Notes: generated by a model not told the origin, from the sequence alone. A stretch of 39,480 nucleotides of DNA from Catajapyx aquilonaris (GCA_000934665.2 JYFJ02003621.1:1-39480); one strand, 5' to 3'. Shown: positions 21,633 through 36,400, numbered from the stretch's first letter. Numbers and translations: made by a program.

Positions 21633-24600
21633 TCAGTGTTCGCGTGGACTTTCTACCGTCTTTCTCGATTCTAACGCAACCTGAAAGCCGTGTATTAGAA
21701 AGTGTTATACCGGACAACGCACACAATCGTATGAGACAAGAGGGGAAATAAAGGTTGCGGCAGCGCATTAAAAGATAAAAGACCGTGTTGGGATGAGAAG
21801 AGCAGTGGTCAGATTCCAGACACGCGCAGGATCAATCCAAGGCGGAAATGTCGCATGAAATCCCTGCCGGCAGTTTGTTCCTCTCGGGGATGTGGCTTTT
21901 TCCGTGGCACTGGTCGACCAACCCTGACTGACCAAAAGGATGAGGTTTTGGACTCCTTTTTGCTTCCACAATGCCCGGATTTCTGGACCGACGACCTTCA
22001 CCATGCTTAGAGGCTTTCTTCCGGTCATTGCAAGGTTCTTAGTATTCCGGATGGGTGCCATACATGGTGTGGCACCAGTTCGGAAAAATGTGATGGGTGC
22101 GAATGGTTGAAGGAATTTCTAGGAAGAGTACCTAATTAGATTAGACCATTTTTAAAACTGGAAGTTAAAGAGAATTTTTGATTGGATGAATATTTTGGAG
22201 GTGCTGCTGGGAGATGTTTCAAGGGAGATGTGGCATGTACGTCAAATAACAAAGGACTGGTTGACTGGCATCACAATACTAGGGAAGTTCAGTGGTCCAT
22301 GGCTCCCGATTTTGCGAGGTTTTTAGTTCACTATGGAATCTATTAATGGTTAGTTTGCTAAAACCAATATTTACAACATTACGACATGCCGACTCAAGAT
22401 TTCAAAGTACGTTTTACGTAAGCACTAGTTATAACGATTGAGATAACATTGTGTTTGAATAATAGCTCACATGCATTTTCAGTGCTCGAAATAACTTCCT
22501 GGCTGAAAATGTGCACATTATTCATGACTTTCTCTATTAACAGATCCCACATGATGCGACAACTTGACAACTCATGCTGAATCAAGACTAAAGGTAAGAA
22601 ATATTTTATAACCGGTACCTGACATAAAAATTGGCCTAGCTCAACGTTAAGGTTCGTGTCCTACGAGATGATTTGTATGGCGGGCAGTGTTTTTATTAGT
22701 CTAAGCCCGGTTCCGGATATCTACGTGGGCAAATTCCTAGCCGAGAGAGAAAAGGACAGGGATGAAGTATGGCGAAAGAAATATTGAAATTCTTCTTGGA
22801 CAGGATGTCTTTTTTTAGCATTTTTTTTTCCTAAGCTGAGTTGAAGAATGAGGTGAATTTCGCCAAAATGTAGCAGGCATTAGTGACTTTATGGCCTCAA
22901 AAAAAGAGACGGGGGCTTACTGGAGAGGGCTGGGAAACCATGCATAGCGAAATATGCATTATCCAACGCAATTTTCATTCGTGCAAGTTGCATGCTAGAG
23001 ATAGAGACAAAGTTTGCTCGATGTGCCCATAAGTATGCACGTCCATGCCCACCACTCTAGTACCGCTTCATGAATATAGGGGGTAACCATCAGCTCTAAA
23101 TCCTCAAGGAATTACGTGTAACACCGAGTTTCCTTTTCTTGTTCACTTCGTGTTTAGACTCTTTGTCTTGTCAAACTTCTTGAACCATTTTCCTGCTTGT
23201 TCTCCAGATACTTTATGCAAATATCCAAGGCTAGCAACGTTGAGGTATAAAAGTCGCATAATTCTGTCAAATAATTAGTGCATATTATATGTCTTTTATT
23301 ACCCCTTATTCGTCGCCTTGACTTCCCTTGAGTGGAAAAATCGGGCAATGATTACAGTTAATTATTATGCTGAAATGTTCTCAACGCCTGGTGGATCCCT
23401 CCTAATACGTGAACAGCGTGTAACCTACAACGATCTAATTCATGGCAATTTCAAAGGACTGGTCCTATCCATGTCACGAAAAAGGAATCCTTGGCAACCA
23501 CGAGGCAGTTTTCCTTGAAACTGATTATGCCCAGCCCAGAAATTAAATCTGTACGCAATTGGCATTGCAGCTGGTAATTCGGTCTTATTTTATTTGGTTA
23601 CCCCTGCATCTCGAGTACGTGTCCAGACTTGAATACAATGCAGTCAGTAGCTAATGCGGTGAATATCCATGCAAGAGTTGACTCCTTGGTGGAATTAAAT
23701 TTCCTCAGTGGTGCTGAAGTCTCACAGGGGGATACCAGACCCTTTTCTCTTCTTCCTGAAGGAACCGTATGGTGAACGTGTCTTTGCTACTGGGGGGTTG
23801 ATATCTGCAGGACTGCAGTCACCCCCAAAACAGTTGGCGACTGCAGCAAAAGGCGGTGCTTCCGAATTGCTTTTATCGCCTTTCCATTTGCCAGGCAGTC
23901 CGACGTCGACAGCGTCTCTTTTTATTCCGAGACTGAGTCGAGGGTCATTTCCTGCAGTGGATAATGTCGTACCGTGTTGTCTCTCTTGTTCAGACATTGT
24001 TATTTGGGACCGGATTTTTTGATCTTTTGTAGTAGTACCATTAATGGGTGGGGGATATTGTTTGGGTATAATGAAGAGATGAAACTTTTCATTTCAAACT
24101 CATACAAAATGACTTTTTCGCGTTTTTTCTCCCTTAGTTGTAAGCTGTTTTCCGCTTTCACCGTAGTAAAGAAGATAGGCGGAAGTATCGAGTTTTCCAG
24201 AAGACAGGGTTGGGTAATTAATCATTTCCGGAAGCGAAAAAGCTCTCGCTGTTGAGAATTTCAAGAGTTGAAGCGAGGGGGAAATGTAGGGACTAAACGA
24301 ACACTTCACGGGGTTTACATTGTGAGTATAAAAAGTATAGCTAAAATGGCTCCATGACTATGGAGTGTTAAGTGGATGCCACCGGCTGTAACATAAATAA
24401 TTTGTATAAAATTCTTGGGCAGGTTATACCCATTTCTAGAGTAGTAATATTAGGAGTTCATGAATATTTGCAGTCATTAAAAATGAGTTGCAGGGTTTGA
24501 GATCTATTTCAATTAAAGGAATTGGGATTGGTGAAATTGTTCGCTAATGTTTCCTAGATGATGGGAAAATCCAGAGCTTGGGTTAATAATAGCAACATCA

Positions 24601-27335
24601 TCAGTTCAGGATGATGAGTGAGATTAGTACATGTGTAAAGTCTGGTTGAATGGATTGGAACCGTATGATGTGTGCTAATAGTCCTATAATGTCCTGTTGT
24701 TAATTAACTGTTTATTCCATCATATTCAAAAAGCATGTTTAAACTATCTTATGGCAGAAGTTCCGAGTGCCATTTCACCAGTGTAGCTCAGCAAGTGAAG
24801 GGTTCTGAGCTAGGATGACACTGGATGAATTGGATTAGCCTATCACTTTAAGATTTTGGTACTCTACTTTCTCAAGAAGGACTGAAGACACTTGTTTACA
24901 TATTCATGCAGAGCTAAACTACTTCTCTGCCACTGCACAAATAACTGTTACGCATATTGTAGGAGGTAATGTTTTGGAAATAATATGGTCTAGAAGCTAA
25001 TTAATCTGATTCAGAATCATGTCAGCGTATCTCAAAGGCGTAGCTATATAAACAGGCGGGCAGGAGGCGGGGTAGGGAGGGAGGAATATGCCGCTTACAA
25101 TAATTAGTCGACTATTACGTATCTCGCCAGTGATGGTAGATGACAACCTAAGACCTAAGTGTTACAGCAGGAAATTGCTAGATGATTGTATCTCGTGTAA
25201 ATCATATGGATACATCCCTTTGAATTCAGTTAAAGAGCTTATCCAAATGAGCAACAACAAAGGCCTTGAATTCCCCCTGAACTATCTCTTGATGATCTCA
25301 TAAACGCAAATTCCTCAATTGGGAAGTGCAGTTAAGGCCTAGGTCACTCCGGTACTGCATCCGAGCTTCTCTTCCTGAAGCCATTTTCTTGATTCTTGTC
25401 TGTTGTCCTCCATACAGCCCGCTTGATAGCCGCGCTTTCCATAGCATCGTAGACTCTCACCTTTCCAGTGTTTCATGGCTGCAGACTTGACTGGCTCCAT
25501 CTAATTTATAGCCGCTTCTGGGACGGCTTTTGATGCATGTTCGTGTGAAGCACACTTAGGAAAATGAAGACTGCGCCTGGCAGTTCAACACGCGGGGGTA
25601 ATGGCTGCCTTGATACGCCTTACATGCACGCCCCCTACCTAACCGTCCCTTCGCCTTCATCAATCACGCCCTACGTAGCAGGAACACAGCACACAACCTT
25701 AGGGTACCATCACTATATTACCACCGCGTGTGAAGCTGACGTTACTGTTGTAAATTTCAAAACAATGTGCTGCACTTTTCAATCAGCCGTGGTCAAGTAG
25801 CGGAAGTACGTATTACTACTTGGAATATATAGGGGAGGTGAACAGAGTCATTGTCTATTTGTCTATTTCAATTGTATGTCATCGTCATCATCATTGACAA
25901 TAATTGTGGCTTAATTCTCATTTCAACGTGAGTACCATTATGTTATCCACGTTGGTCAGGCTATCTTCGGTCAGGATTTTTTTGCATAGCATTGAATGAT
26001 TTGAATCACGTAACCAACATAGTTGCCTTTCAAGTACCAGCCTCGAAAGGACCGAGATATGCATTAGTATGCAAAGCCAAAACCCTGCTTCACAATCCCT
26101 TGCATTGGAACAATTTTTTGAGCCAAAAGCACGGGTAGTACTATAGGTTTTGCAGTGTGTTCCAATCGAAATGCCTGCAGTGGGTAGGAATTTTTTTGCC
26201 GCTTTTTATTAATCAGTTGCTTTAAAAGCGCTACTTTTAGGAGCTAGCTAAATTATTAGCTGCTAACATTAGGTAGACTGGAAGCACCAATTTTCCCACC
26301 ATCAACGCATGTTCCAACTATGAGTCCTCCATGTCGGAATTTTGGTGGCTGGAGTCGCTGGACTGATGTCCCCAACCTGAAGATTTGATCGATGCCATTC
26401 TACAGAGATTTTGTGTTGCTCGTAGCCCAAGTCAGTCGTCCCAACAACGTTCTATCTATATACCATCCTTATATGTTTGGAAGCCTCGGGTGCAGAAAGA
26501 GATTGCAGCAGTCTGAGGCAGCAAGGCAACCGGAAGAGTAGAAATGTGTGTCCCCTCTTTTAATAACTCTGGTGCTGCTGCTGCTGCAGGCGGTCGGTAG
26601 AGACGGAGAACGAACGAAAGGGGTGGTAAATGGACTGCAAGTTTGCTCAGAACGTTTGATCAGTTGCTGGAAAGGGAATTTCCGGCAAAAGCAAACCGAC
26701 TCTTGCTGTACAGACTTCCTTCTTATCACTATCCCGCATGTTCGCATTACTGTACTCCAGTATATCCCAGCTGATCAATGGTAAACCAAAGATACGGATC
26801 GTGTTTCAAAATGGACCATTGAACAGAAAGATACCATCATCAAGTATACGCTGAACTCACTATAGACCTATGTTTGTAGACATGGTACATTCACACAATG
26901 AATAAAGGCTGGCAGTCTAATGTCGGTGGAACATTTTTATGGGGGATGCTTCTACTACTGAAGGGGTGGTTTTATTTTGAGAAATGGAAGAAGCGTGCCA
27001 ATAGTAGGGTTGCACGGAAGGAAAGCATGTGCGGAACTTGGACTGCAGCCAGGGACACAAACTTGGGGAAAGTAGCCTCGAATAAGAGCGATTGATGCTG
27101 TGTATTGGCTGTGCAGGGCATTGCAGGTGCATACTGTTAGCGTGAGGACTGGATGGGGTTAATGTCCACTTCAGAATGCGATCCTGACCTGTTGGTTCAA
27201 AAGTACGCCGGATGTTAGTATCGGATATCATGGAATGCGTTGTTTCTATGCGGACAATATGGGAACAGTAGGGAATGCAATATACACTAATCGTAATACA
27301 CGAGTCGGCCTTGTTCTTCGTAGCATGGTATTTAA

Positions 27336-28299
27336 GGGGGGCTAGTAGCAAAAATACGGTTAATCAAATGGCTCTGCAGCTATAGCTGTGGAAGTGAGCG
27401 TATATGGAATGGTTGTACAATAGAAGGGATTATTTTGTTGCCCCCTCTCCAACAATCCCCGGCCCGTTGCCAAGCTCAACACTTGAACATTAGAGACTCT
27501 CTTCGAGCCTCGTATCACTCCCACCCAACAATCGGCACCCCTGGCGACGACCCCAACAAACTTGTTTATGCATGTAGCATAGGCGGATTCGACATTGCCT
27601 ACATTTTTGTGGCCGTACGACCGCAAAAATGGTTCAATCGACACAGAAATGGCACCGAAAAATAGCAGATGAGCTGGCACAGGGCACGTAGTTAGTCTTT
27701 TTTCCATTTTCGGCCTAGAAATGACATTTACGGCAAGTTGAAGTGAGAAAAAAACGGCGTCTTGGAAAAGCCAATTTGATTAACTTGGTCACGGTGGGAA
27801 GGTCGCGTGAAAATCGTACATATTTCTGTAGCCGCATGTCCACAATTTAATGCAATCATGTCGAGTATGGTATCATTATAAAGGCCAAACCACCGAAGCA
27901 GTGGTGGTGGAGGGGATATGGTATCCGACTGCTAATCGGGAGGTCCTGGGTTCGAATCCCGGTGCCGGCAACTCTAACCGTGGTTTTCTGTGGTTTCCCA
28001 CGGTTCCTCCAGGAGAATTCCGGAGTTGTTTCCTAAACTAATAGGCCACAGCCGCCTCCTTCTTTTCCTATCCTATCCCAAAAAGCGCAGTAAAAACGAA
28101 ACGAAGAGTTCCAGTATATAAAAAAATCCCCCCTAAAGAGCCGCCGCCGGCTGATAACGGGGTATGAATTATTATTATTTATTATTATTATAAAGGCCAA
28201 ACCTTTGCTCGTGTTTTTCCAGATTAAGGACGCGTTTCTCGACAAAAAAATAAAGTTCCCTACAAAATGCGCCTACCGTATTTTTTCTACTGCGCCGCC
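27336..28299. mobile_element. Non-autonomous TTAA-targeting DNA transposon (Kolobok-like) containing a SINE
   Basis: TTAA|GGGGGGCTAGTAGCAAAAATACGGT versus right reverse complement TTAA|GGCGGCGCAGTAGAAAAAATACGGT. Purine termini rather than piggyBac CCC. Confidence 0.72.
27892..28186 (+). mobile_element. tRNA-derived SINE, family A (tail type 1)
   Basis: B box GGTTCGAATCCC, family A core, (ATT)n tail. 17-bp TSD ATTATAAAGGCCAAACC at 27875-27891 and 28187-28203. Confidence 0.93.
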
Positions 28300-28317
28300 T
28301 TAAATTAAGAACAGTAC

Positions 28318-28318
<1 letters not shown>

Positions 28319-28355
<37 letters not shown>

Positions 28356-28546
28356 TTGTCGCTTCATTTTTATGGCTCTTCAGGGTGCTATGAAACGGAA
28401 AGAGCCCGGAGAAAACTAAAGCAAGCACTTGGTTGGTTCCATTAAAACTTCTAACCATAAAGGAAAGCCGGTATAGTTCGACACGACAATTGAACCCATA
28501 GCCTCAGAGGTCAAAGCTCAAAGGGTAGCGGCCTAAACCATCACTG
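28319..28546 (-). mobile_element. Degenerate SINE, family C-like, with (ATT)n tail
   Basis: Minus strand: GGGTTCAAT B-box remnant, TTTTAATGGA...GTTTTCTCCGGGCTCTTTCCGTTTC core, then the tail, seen as (TAA)n at 28319-28354 on the plus strand. Confidence 0.6.
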
Positions 28547-28633
28547 TTCTATACGTGATACTCACTTCGCGCAATGCAGTTATAGCAAACCAATTGTCAA
28601 TAATTACCGAAACTTCATAATAAATTAATGTTT

Positions 28634-28679
28634 CAACTCGGAACAACCCAGTCAGCCGTGACTGGGTTGTTCCTAGTTG
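28634..28679. repeat. 21-bp inverted repeat with 4-nt loop
   Basis: CAACTCGGAACAACCCAGTCA-GCCG-TGACTGGGTTGTTCCTAGTTG, one mismatch. Confidence 0.9.
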
Positions 28680-30831
28680 TGAAACAGATTTTTATATATC
28701 TATTTTTTTGATTCAGAAAGCACTTTTACTGTAAATCTACTCGAAAAGAGGAAAAAGGTCCTCCACTGTATGCCAAGCCGTTATGTTGAGTGAACATTAA
28801 CTTAGTATCCCGAGATTGTGCAGTCTTGGAGCAAAAGATCTGACGAAGACTGCTGGTAATTTGCCAACTTGAGGCTACCACGAGGGGGAGCCGGGAATGA
28901 AGCTACAAATTTGAATTTGAAATTGGCGCCGAGCCACGAAAATCTTAACGACGTGGGTAAGAGCTGGTGCAGGCTTGCGATTCGTGAAGAGAATACTCTT
29001 CTTGCAACCCCCTTTGATCCTCCGGGGGAGGCTTAAACCGCTCTCATTTGCATAACTCGGTTTGAATTATAACTCTAGAATAAAATAAGAGCGTTGAGAG
29101 AGCGGGGCCTCCACACACACAAAAAAAAGGAGAAGAAAAGGATGTGATTTTCTTGCTGAATGGCCGGCTAATGAGAGTAAGTGAACAGCAAAGAGTTATA
29201 GCACATCAGGACACTAGCGTTAATTTTCTGGTATCTCAATCAGCCTAATCGTGGTTTTAGCTTGTTTCAGAAGGCGGTTCTCAGAACAATATCGCGAGGA
29301 ACGTTCACCTCTTTTCCGAACGTTATAAGTTCAGAATGAATATTTCCGTACAGATGAAGCCCTGCCTCTTCAAAATTAAAGTCATAATTCGTACAAAGCA
29401 GAGCTCTGGAGCGGTAAAGTGCTGGGGAAAATACTTTCAACTGCGGAATATGATACACGAGGGGGTCTAAAAAGTTCCTTCTTCCATTTCCAGTCTGCTC
29501 GTTTTCGTTCCTTGCAGTTTTCGTATTTTTTGCGACGATTTTGTTGCAGTTAGCGAACTGTGCATGGGCGGAGTAACTTCTAGGAAATCAAAACAGATAT
29601 GCGAGCATAAGAGATAAATGGAGGGGTACAAGAAGTGATGACACAATTTAAATCATTGGTGGGCTGAGCAGTTGAGTTAAGCTGACGTTATGCACGAGCC
29701 CCATTTCTTTTTCAGATTGCGTCATGTTATATACGAGGAACTGCTAGTATTATTTCATATTATGCATTAGTGCTAATATATGAGGAGGTCGATGTCCCGA
29801 ATTGTGTTGACTCAGTGGACACTTGTAACAAATGAACACAGAAGAAAGATGTAGCTGACTGTGCTATCCGCAGTTGTCAACAATCCATGATAGATGGACA
29901 CCAATATTTTGAACAATTTATATTACTCGCGACAGTGTAAATGGACTTTTTTTTAAATCTCCTCTAATCGCACCATTACATTCATGTGCTCTGTACCTCT
30001 TAACCCCAAAAGTGGTTTGTAGGTATTTGCGTAAAGCACTGTTTTTCTACCTAGCAAATAGAAGTATAATTTTGGCCAGCATGGTTTCGTAGTGCACGAT
30101 GGCGTGCATTTGTTGGTGGAATTTTGCTCGCCGGGGAAGCCTCTGGGGTAATCAACAGATTAGCTTGATGCATTTTGAGCGCAGTATGCAGCGAATGGAG
30201 TTTTCTTCGCGGAACTACTACAGTTTGCATTTATATTACACCATCAACCTACGTTAACGCTCTGCAAAATTGTTTTGTGCTACGTCCACGACACATAATA
30301 TGCGTTCTCCGCCCTCACAACTTATTTTGTATTGGCCTACACTTTTGCACCCTACTCTTAGTGTTGAGAGGGCACCATTTAAAACTTGACGTAATTGCCT
30401 ATGGCATCACACCATAAGGACCGGAAGTGAGGTGAATCATCGTCTTATATAGGGGGTTGCTGAAGACGAAAAAAAAAAATCAGGGTTGCGGTTATAACCG
30501 CAAACCACTAGAAGTCCGATTCTAGCGGTCAAAGGTAAATGATTGCGAAGGGTTTTCGCAGGAAAAGGAAAGGACGCTACTCGAGAGCCTCCACATCACC
30601 TATGGGAAAGTTTCCTCGGGCGGAGAAAAGCTCTCACTGAAGGAGATCAATCGACTCTCCCTCTCCCCCCCAAAAAGGGGTATAGATAGAACCCGATTTG
30701 GAGTGGGTCCCCAAACTCTACTTCAGTTACGACCAAAACGGTCCTTCCTTAGATAGAAAAAATGTCGTCCACAAAAATTTGGTCAAAACCAAAAAATGAG
30801 TATCGATAGATCATTGTGTGAAACATATGAT

Positions 30832-31065
30832 TAGGGCTGTGCGATATTTCAATACATCGACTGTCGATACGATATTTTCCTAATATCGAAGTTGCGATAT
30901 CCGACGCTTGGCATGTTCGATCGAATATCGCGATTTTTCGATGTCGGTTCGATATCGGTTTTCGATATTTTTCTGTCAGTTTTCGATGTCGGTTTTTCGA
31001 TTTTCGATTCGATATTTTTTAAGTATCGAAAGTCGATATGTAATTTCGGATATCGCACAGCCCTA
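30832..31065. mobile_element. hAT-type MITE with CGAT subterminal repeats
   Basis: 16-bp perfect TIR TAGGGCTGTGCGATAT/ATATCGCACAGCCCTA, perfect 8-bp TSD CATATGAT at 30824-30831 and 31066-31073, many TCGAT motifs. Confidence 0.93.
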
Positions 31066-33169
31066 CATATGATACTGTTGCATAAACTAAACACTTAATC
31101 TCAAAATATGTTAGTTTCTCTGAGAGGCTTGAAGATGAGGCTAAGTACGTGAGATGTAACGGGTAAAGGATTGAAATGAGGCCTCGCTGAGTGCCGTCAT
31201 CCAGATTTGTCTCCGAGGCGTGCAGAAAGGGGACAGTAAAACAAATTCCATTTGGGTTTACGACCCGGCTCTTTCACGGCGATGGTATATATGCTGCTCA
31301 GTGGAGTCGGGTGAATAGGGCGTGTCGTCACCTCGAGACCAGTCCTGCTTGCACTGGTTGGTATATATCTAGGGGGGGGGGGGTGATGGAGCCCAAATAA
31401 GTCCTTCTTCAACAAAGCTGGCTCCCATCACCATTGCTGTCCGATGGTATACCACCAAACTGCTTCTACGACCCTCAAGTTGTGGCATTAACCTCGTAAA
31501 ACAGGGTCTAGTTTTCACAGAGGTGCACTATGCTCTAGAAAAATCTGACAAAAAAATATTTAGTATAGATGATGAGAAATAGTACAGTGCATTTGCATAT
31601 GAGCTCAAACTATTATTTTTGTATTAGGTGCAGTGTAGTATCATGACATGTTTGTAATAGCTTATTTTATCTGGAATGTGTCAGTATAATTTCACAGGGT
31701 TGTTGACTCACACAGCTATCTTTTATTCATGCGGGATACCATCGTAATTATGTTACGTGTCACGAGTGGGCTGTCGCATATAATTACATAACTAGTAATC
31801 TGTGGCAGAATTGTTTTTTTAAAAATAGTCAACCGAGGAGACCATGTGCTTCCTGTGTGATAACATTTACACCAGAGGAAAGAATGGAAAGGGAACTACA
31901 CTGTTTGAAACTGTAATGAGACCACAATTTATTGAAAATTGCGCGATATTAAAAATTCATAAACGCATGAATGAGTCGCATAAATTAGGTTTGCTGCTGC
32001 AGTGTATTTTGTTAATGAGTTTTTCAGTGATTTCATATCCAAATTTTCCAGTATCCGATAACTTGATAATTGCCAACAAAAAAAGTCCTAGGGTTTCAGA
32101 AAACTTACACGAACTACTTAATTTATTTTAACCCTGTAAACAATTGTCGTAACTGAAAGCTCGAAAAGTTCCAAACAGCAAAATGATGGAGGGTATAGCA
32201 AGGTTCAAGATTCCAGCACTCAGTACATGGAATCAAAACATAACTGATCAAAACAAGTCTGACACATTTTGATTTACGATTTCTGGCCACCCTATTCTGT
32301 ACCGAAACTGGTTCATAATCACGCAAAACTACAGATCCCCAGTAAATCTCTAAAACGAGACTATAAACTTCAACTTGGTTTCTGATAAGAAACATTGTAT
32401 CATTCATCTGCGGAAAAACCTCACAACATGTGTCACCAGGTTTGAGTCAGAGGTTTTCAGCACATGTCACCCTCTGTAGCAGTGACATAAAACACATCAA
32501 TGGAAGTCGCGTGGGAAGGGGAACATAAGGTTGATATTTTTTTTCTCCCCAACTAATATATTTCAAGTGAAGCACGATACATGTACGACCATGCGTGTGG
32601 TGACTAATACCCTACACTCTTGGAAATACCTGTCCCTATCTTTTGATTTTTGAAATCAGATTTTTTTTCATTATAAAATGTGGATGACTGCGCAAGATAC
32701 AGTATTGACATGATACGATATCCAGCGAATAATTCCCTGGCGACTCTTTGGGGAAGCGGCTTGATTGGAAGCGGTGTTGCTGTGGAAGCAGGCCCAGTTG
32801 CCATGGCGAACTGGGGACAGGAATGGAACAGGTATATAGGCGGATGGGATGGGATAGGATGGATGGATACACCTATCATTTCCATGACCACCCATCCAAT
32901 TATGACGTCCTCTGCTGCTGATCGATACCCAACCGAGAGGAATCTCCTCGCTCTTTTAAATTGGAGGGTCTAAATTCGGTCATATGGATGGTTGGAGAGT
33001 TGCTTTTTCTCTCTCGTTTTGTTAGTCCTAAATGGGCATATGTAAACGCTTTTTTATGACTAAATTCAAATGAGAAAGCATGCAGTACTTATACAGTACG
33101 TGTGCAATAAACGGAGGAGTTTTTTAATGTATTTTATTCGTGTCTTAATAGAAGTAGTTCATTCTAGTC

Positions 33170-33440
33170 TGCCAAGCGTCAGATTGTCATTTGGAAGTTC
33201 TCGAGTCGGTTTCCCGAGGGTGTCTATCTTACCTAATGGTGTTTGTCGTTTTCCTGGGTCACCTCCAGGCGAATACTGGGATATTTCCACAAAATGGAGC
33301 TAGATTCTCTTCCTTTCCCTCATTCTGTCTCCCTACCACTCTCTTTCTCCACCCCCACCCCCAGAGGCCAAATGGCACGAGTTCAGTTAATTCCAAAACA
33401 CTCGTGGTATTACGAATATAATATAATATCGTAATAATTA
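33170..33440 (+). mobile_element. Old SINE remnant, family A-like core
   Basis: GTTTTCCTGGGTCACCTCCAGGCGAATACTGGGAT...CTCTTCCTTTCCC resembles the family A core, and an AATAT-rich tail follows. Boundaries approximate. Confidence 0.45.
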
Positions 33441-36400
33441 GACATTTTATTTTGTTTGTGCATTGCCATAATTATGATAAAAATTTTGCTTGCAATTTTT
33501 ATGCGATGAATCCGTTCTGGATTTTCATTGCTCAAAAAGCATGAAGCGTCCTGCTTGTTTATTAAAAGTGTAACTGATGGAGGCAGAAGGCGTGGAATGA
33601 GCTACGGTGCGAAGCCCCGACCAAAAGGCTGAGAGAGTCAACAGGAAATAAGATTTGCGGTGCCAGGTGGCACTGCGGCCAACCAAAACGCCCTTTGCCC
33701 ATGTAGCTACGTACTTAACCCTATACATTCATAGCCTGTTGATTAATTATCGGAAGCAATATTGTGTTTTGCTTCCGTTTCATTTATCAACTGTCCCAGC
33801 CTTCTTTGTCAGGCATAGCACTCATGCGGAATACATAACAACAGTGGTAATTACAAACAAGAGAGTTGCACTCAAGGGTCAGTTGCATGTGCCTATTGAT
33901 CCATATTGATCTTTAACAACTAAAAAGTGGGCGGGATTTGCAGGCTTGGATCTTGTACCACCGGAGGCGCTGTGGTAGAGCCGAAATTGTGATTTAATAA
34001 TTGATATTTATTTTTAATGTGTAATCTTAATATACGAAAAAAATACTGTGTGGATTATTTTTTTGTAAAACTACGGTAGACTGTAGACATGAGACGCCAG
34101 CGCCTACTGCGGCGGACTGCCCGAAACACATGTGAGTGGATAGGGGTTTGAGTCATTCACACGTTTTAAAATATTATTATCTGCATATTTCAAGCCCTCT
34201 CTACATCCTGCTCGTAATAAATTACACGCTCGAGTTTCTACTCGAAACAAAGCTCCACAATTAGCAGGCTTACATTATTAGTAATGACTTGAACCTTTTG
34301 TAAATCCTCCCCCCCCCCCTCCACCCGTCTATTTTATGAATGAAAGCATGAATTGTGCGAACCGAGATTGAGAAAGGGTAGTACACAAGGGTATACATAT
34401 GCGTGTGCACATTTTAAATGGAGATAAGCCGCCTCCCTACCCCCGTCAATTCCTTCCCCCATCCCGCCCTCTTCAATTCCAACTGTGCTGGTCCGATGCA
34501 GTCAGAGAGAAAAGGCCCGATAGAAACAGCAAGAGCAGCGTTTGAAGGCGTGGAATTACATTAGGCCTTTTGAGCCCGACCTCATCAGGCTTGCAGCTTC
34601 AAACAACATTTGCGGAGCCTCGCCAGGAGTTACTTTGCATACCCAGAGTGCGGCTGCCAAACTCTCTTATACTACCTAACCCACTACCCCCCCCTCTACT
34701 ATGCTCGTTTAGCTGCTGTACGTGCATTCTACGCATTGTATCCTAGATCCACTTGCCCACTGGGAATATGAAACCGCTCGTAGCCAGGTCACACTAGCAC
34801 TTGATAAACATAGGGCATAACAGGCTAATGCGCTTTAGTAACAGCCTATTTGAATATATGTAGACTCCAATCTTTCTAAATGGGCGTTGATGTGAGATCA
34901 TTGGATCTGTTGTTTCGTCAGCTATTTGGCGAGAAAGACGTGACAAAAATTGATTACGACCATAATTATCCACTCAATATGATTACATGGCTGTGGATTA
35001 ATTTTCCTAACGTTGCTGTATTCTGTGACGGGATAGCATAATTATAATGCATGTGAACAAGTGATTACGATCTCTATAGTTGCCTAATATGGATGGGCTA
35101 TTGGCTTATTAGCAACATGCTTTTTTTTGGTTCCTGCCCAACACCGGATCGTTGACACGTTCTTTACACTCTTTGCAGACCACCATTAAAAATAAGCATA
35201 AAAATTTGGAGACATCAGACCCATCCACTTCCAAAATAGGGCATCCATAAGCTCCATTCACCTTGAGAAAATTCCACCAGGCCAGTTTTGGGGGTCTGCT
35301 ACCACGCCCCTTTAAAAAAAACCCCCAATGTTCCAACGGTCATCCCCTCCGGCTTTCCCTTTTTCCCCNAAAAAAAAGCCAGGAAGGAACACTTCTGTAG
35401 CAGGTCAACTGTATACACAGACCAGTAGTCATTATTCTAACCAAGCCAGCAGAGTCCTGAAGCTTGGCAGCCGCACCCAACCACCCCTCCCCAGCGGATG
35501 TGATCAATGATGAATTAGGGGTAGGTGGGCTTTTCTGGCCCGCCGTGATTTCCAGCCCTTATCCCCGCACGCTTCCAAGGGAGGGCAGACCATCCCAACG
35601 GACCCCAATTTCTGTCACTTTTTTCCATGGCTATTGAGTTCCCTTGGTGTCTGGCAACTTTGAAGAGGGTAAGAGCGCGAAAACCTGATTTGCAATCCTT
35701 TTTTGGCATCACCTGGATATGCGAATAGGGGGAAGCTGGATGTTGTCAATCTACCGGATTTTTAGGGTGGGTAACAACATAATGTGGATCAATTACATTA
35801 TTTTGTGATATTAATAATAAAATTAGCGACTAATGGCACTGGTTGATATAATGGTGACGTACACGTGCGTACGGTGATAATCACCCACTAGGAAAGATCG
35901 TGCTTGGTTGGAACGATTCCTTCATGCCCTCATTTTGCATACGTAGAAGCACATTTTTTTTTTTGCGCCTTTACGGCCCGGTGCTCACTCTCGACACTCT
36001 AAAACTCTGGTAAAAAAGTGTGCTGGTAGCGTTTGAGTACGGTCCACTTGCCATGGGGTGACTGATGTTACAGGGGTATGTCATGTTAAACGAAAGTAGC
36101 TCAAGTTTCTGGTTGTGGACCAGTGTTTTTTTTAATGCGAAATTTCCACACATATGGGGGGGGCTTATTTGTAGAAATTAATTGGTTATTGGTAAATCGA
36201 ACTGTAATTTGAGTATGGAATGCACCGGGGGTTCTATAACACTGGATATGGGGGGAGATGGGTTAGCCTGAGGTTTATTATAGGGTGACCAAGAATCAGT
36301 CTGGCAAGCTGGACTTGGCACCTCTTTATTGATGTACTAGTTTAAATTTGGCGGTTTATAGTCAGGTGTACTATTAAATTTTTAAAAAAATGACCTTACC

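Noticed and set aside
21354..21768. Near-identical ORFs on opposite strands
   Set aside because: A consequence of the palindromic MITE.
29454..29480. Mariner-like terminus TA|CACGAGGGGGTCTAAAAAGTT
   Set aside because: No inverted partner or transposase remnant found in the window.
30481..30505. Palindrome TTGCGGTTATAACCGCAA after CAGGG
   Set aside because: Short, with no partner terminus; at most an unassignable fragment.
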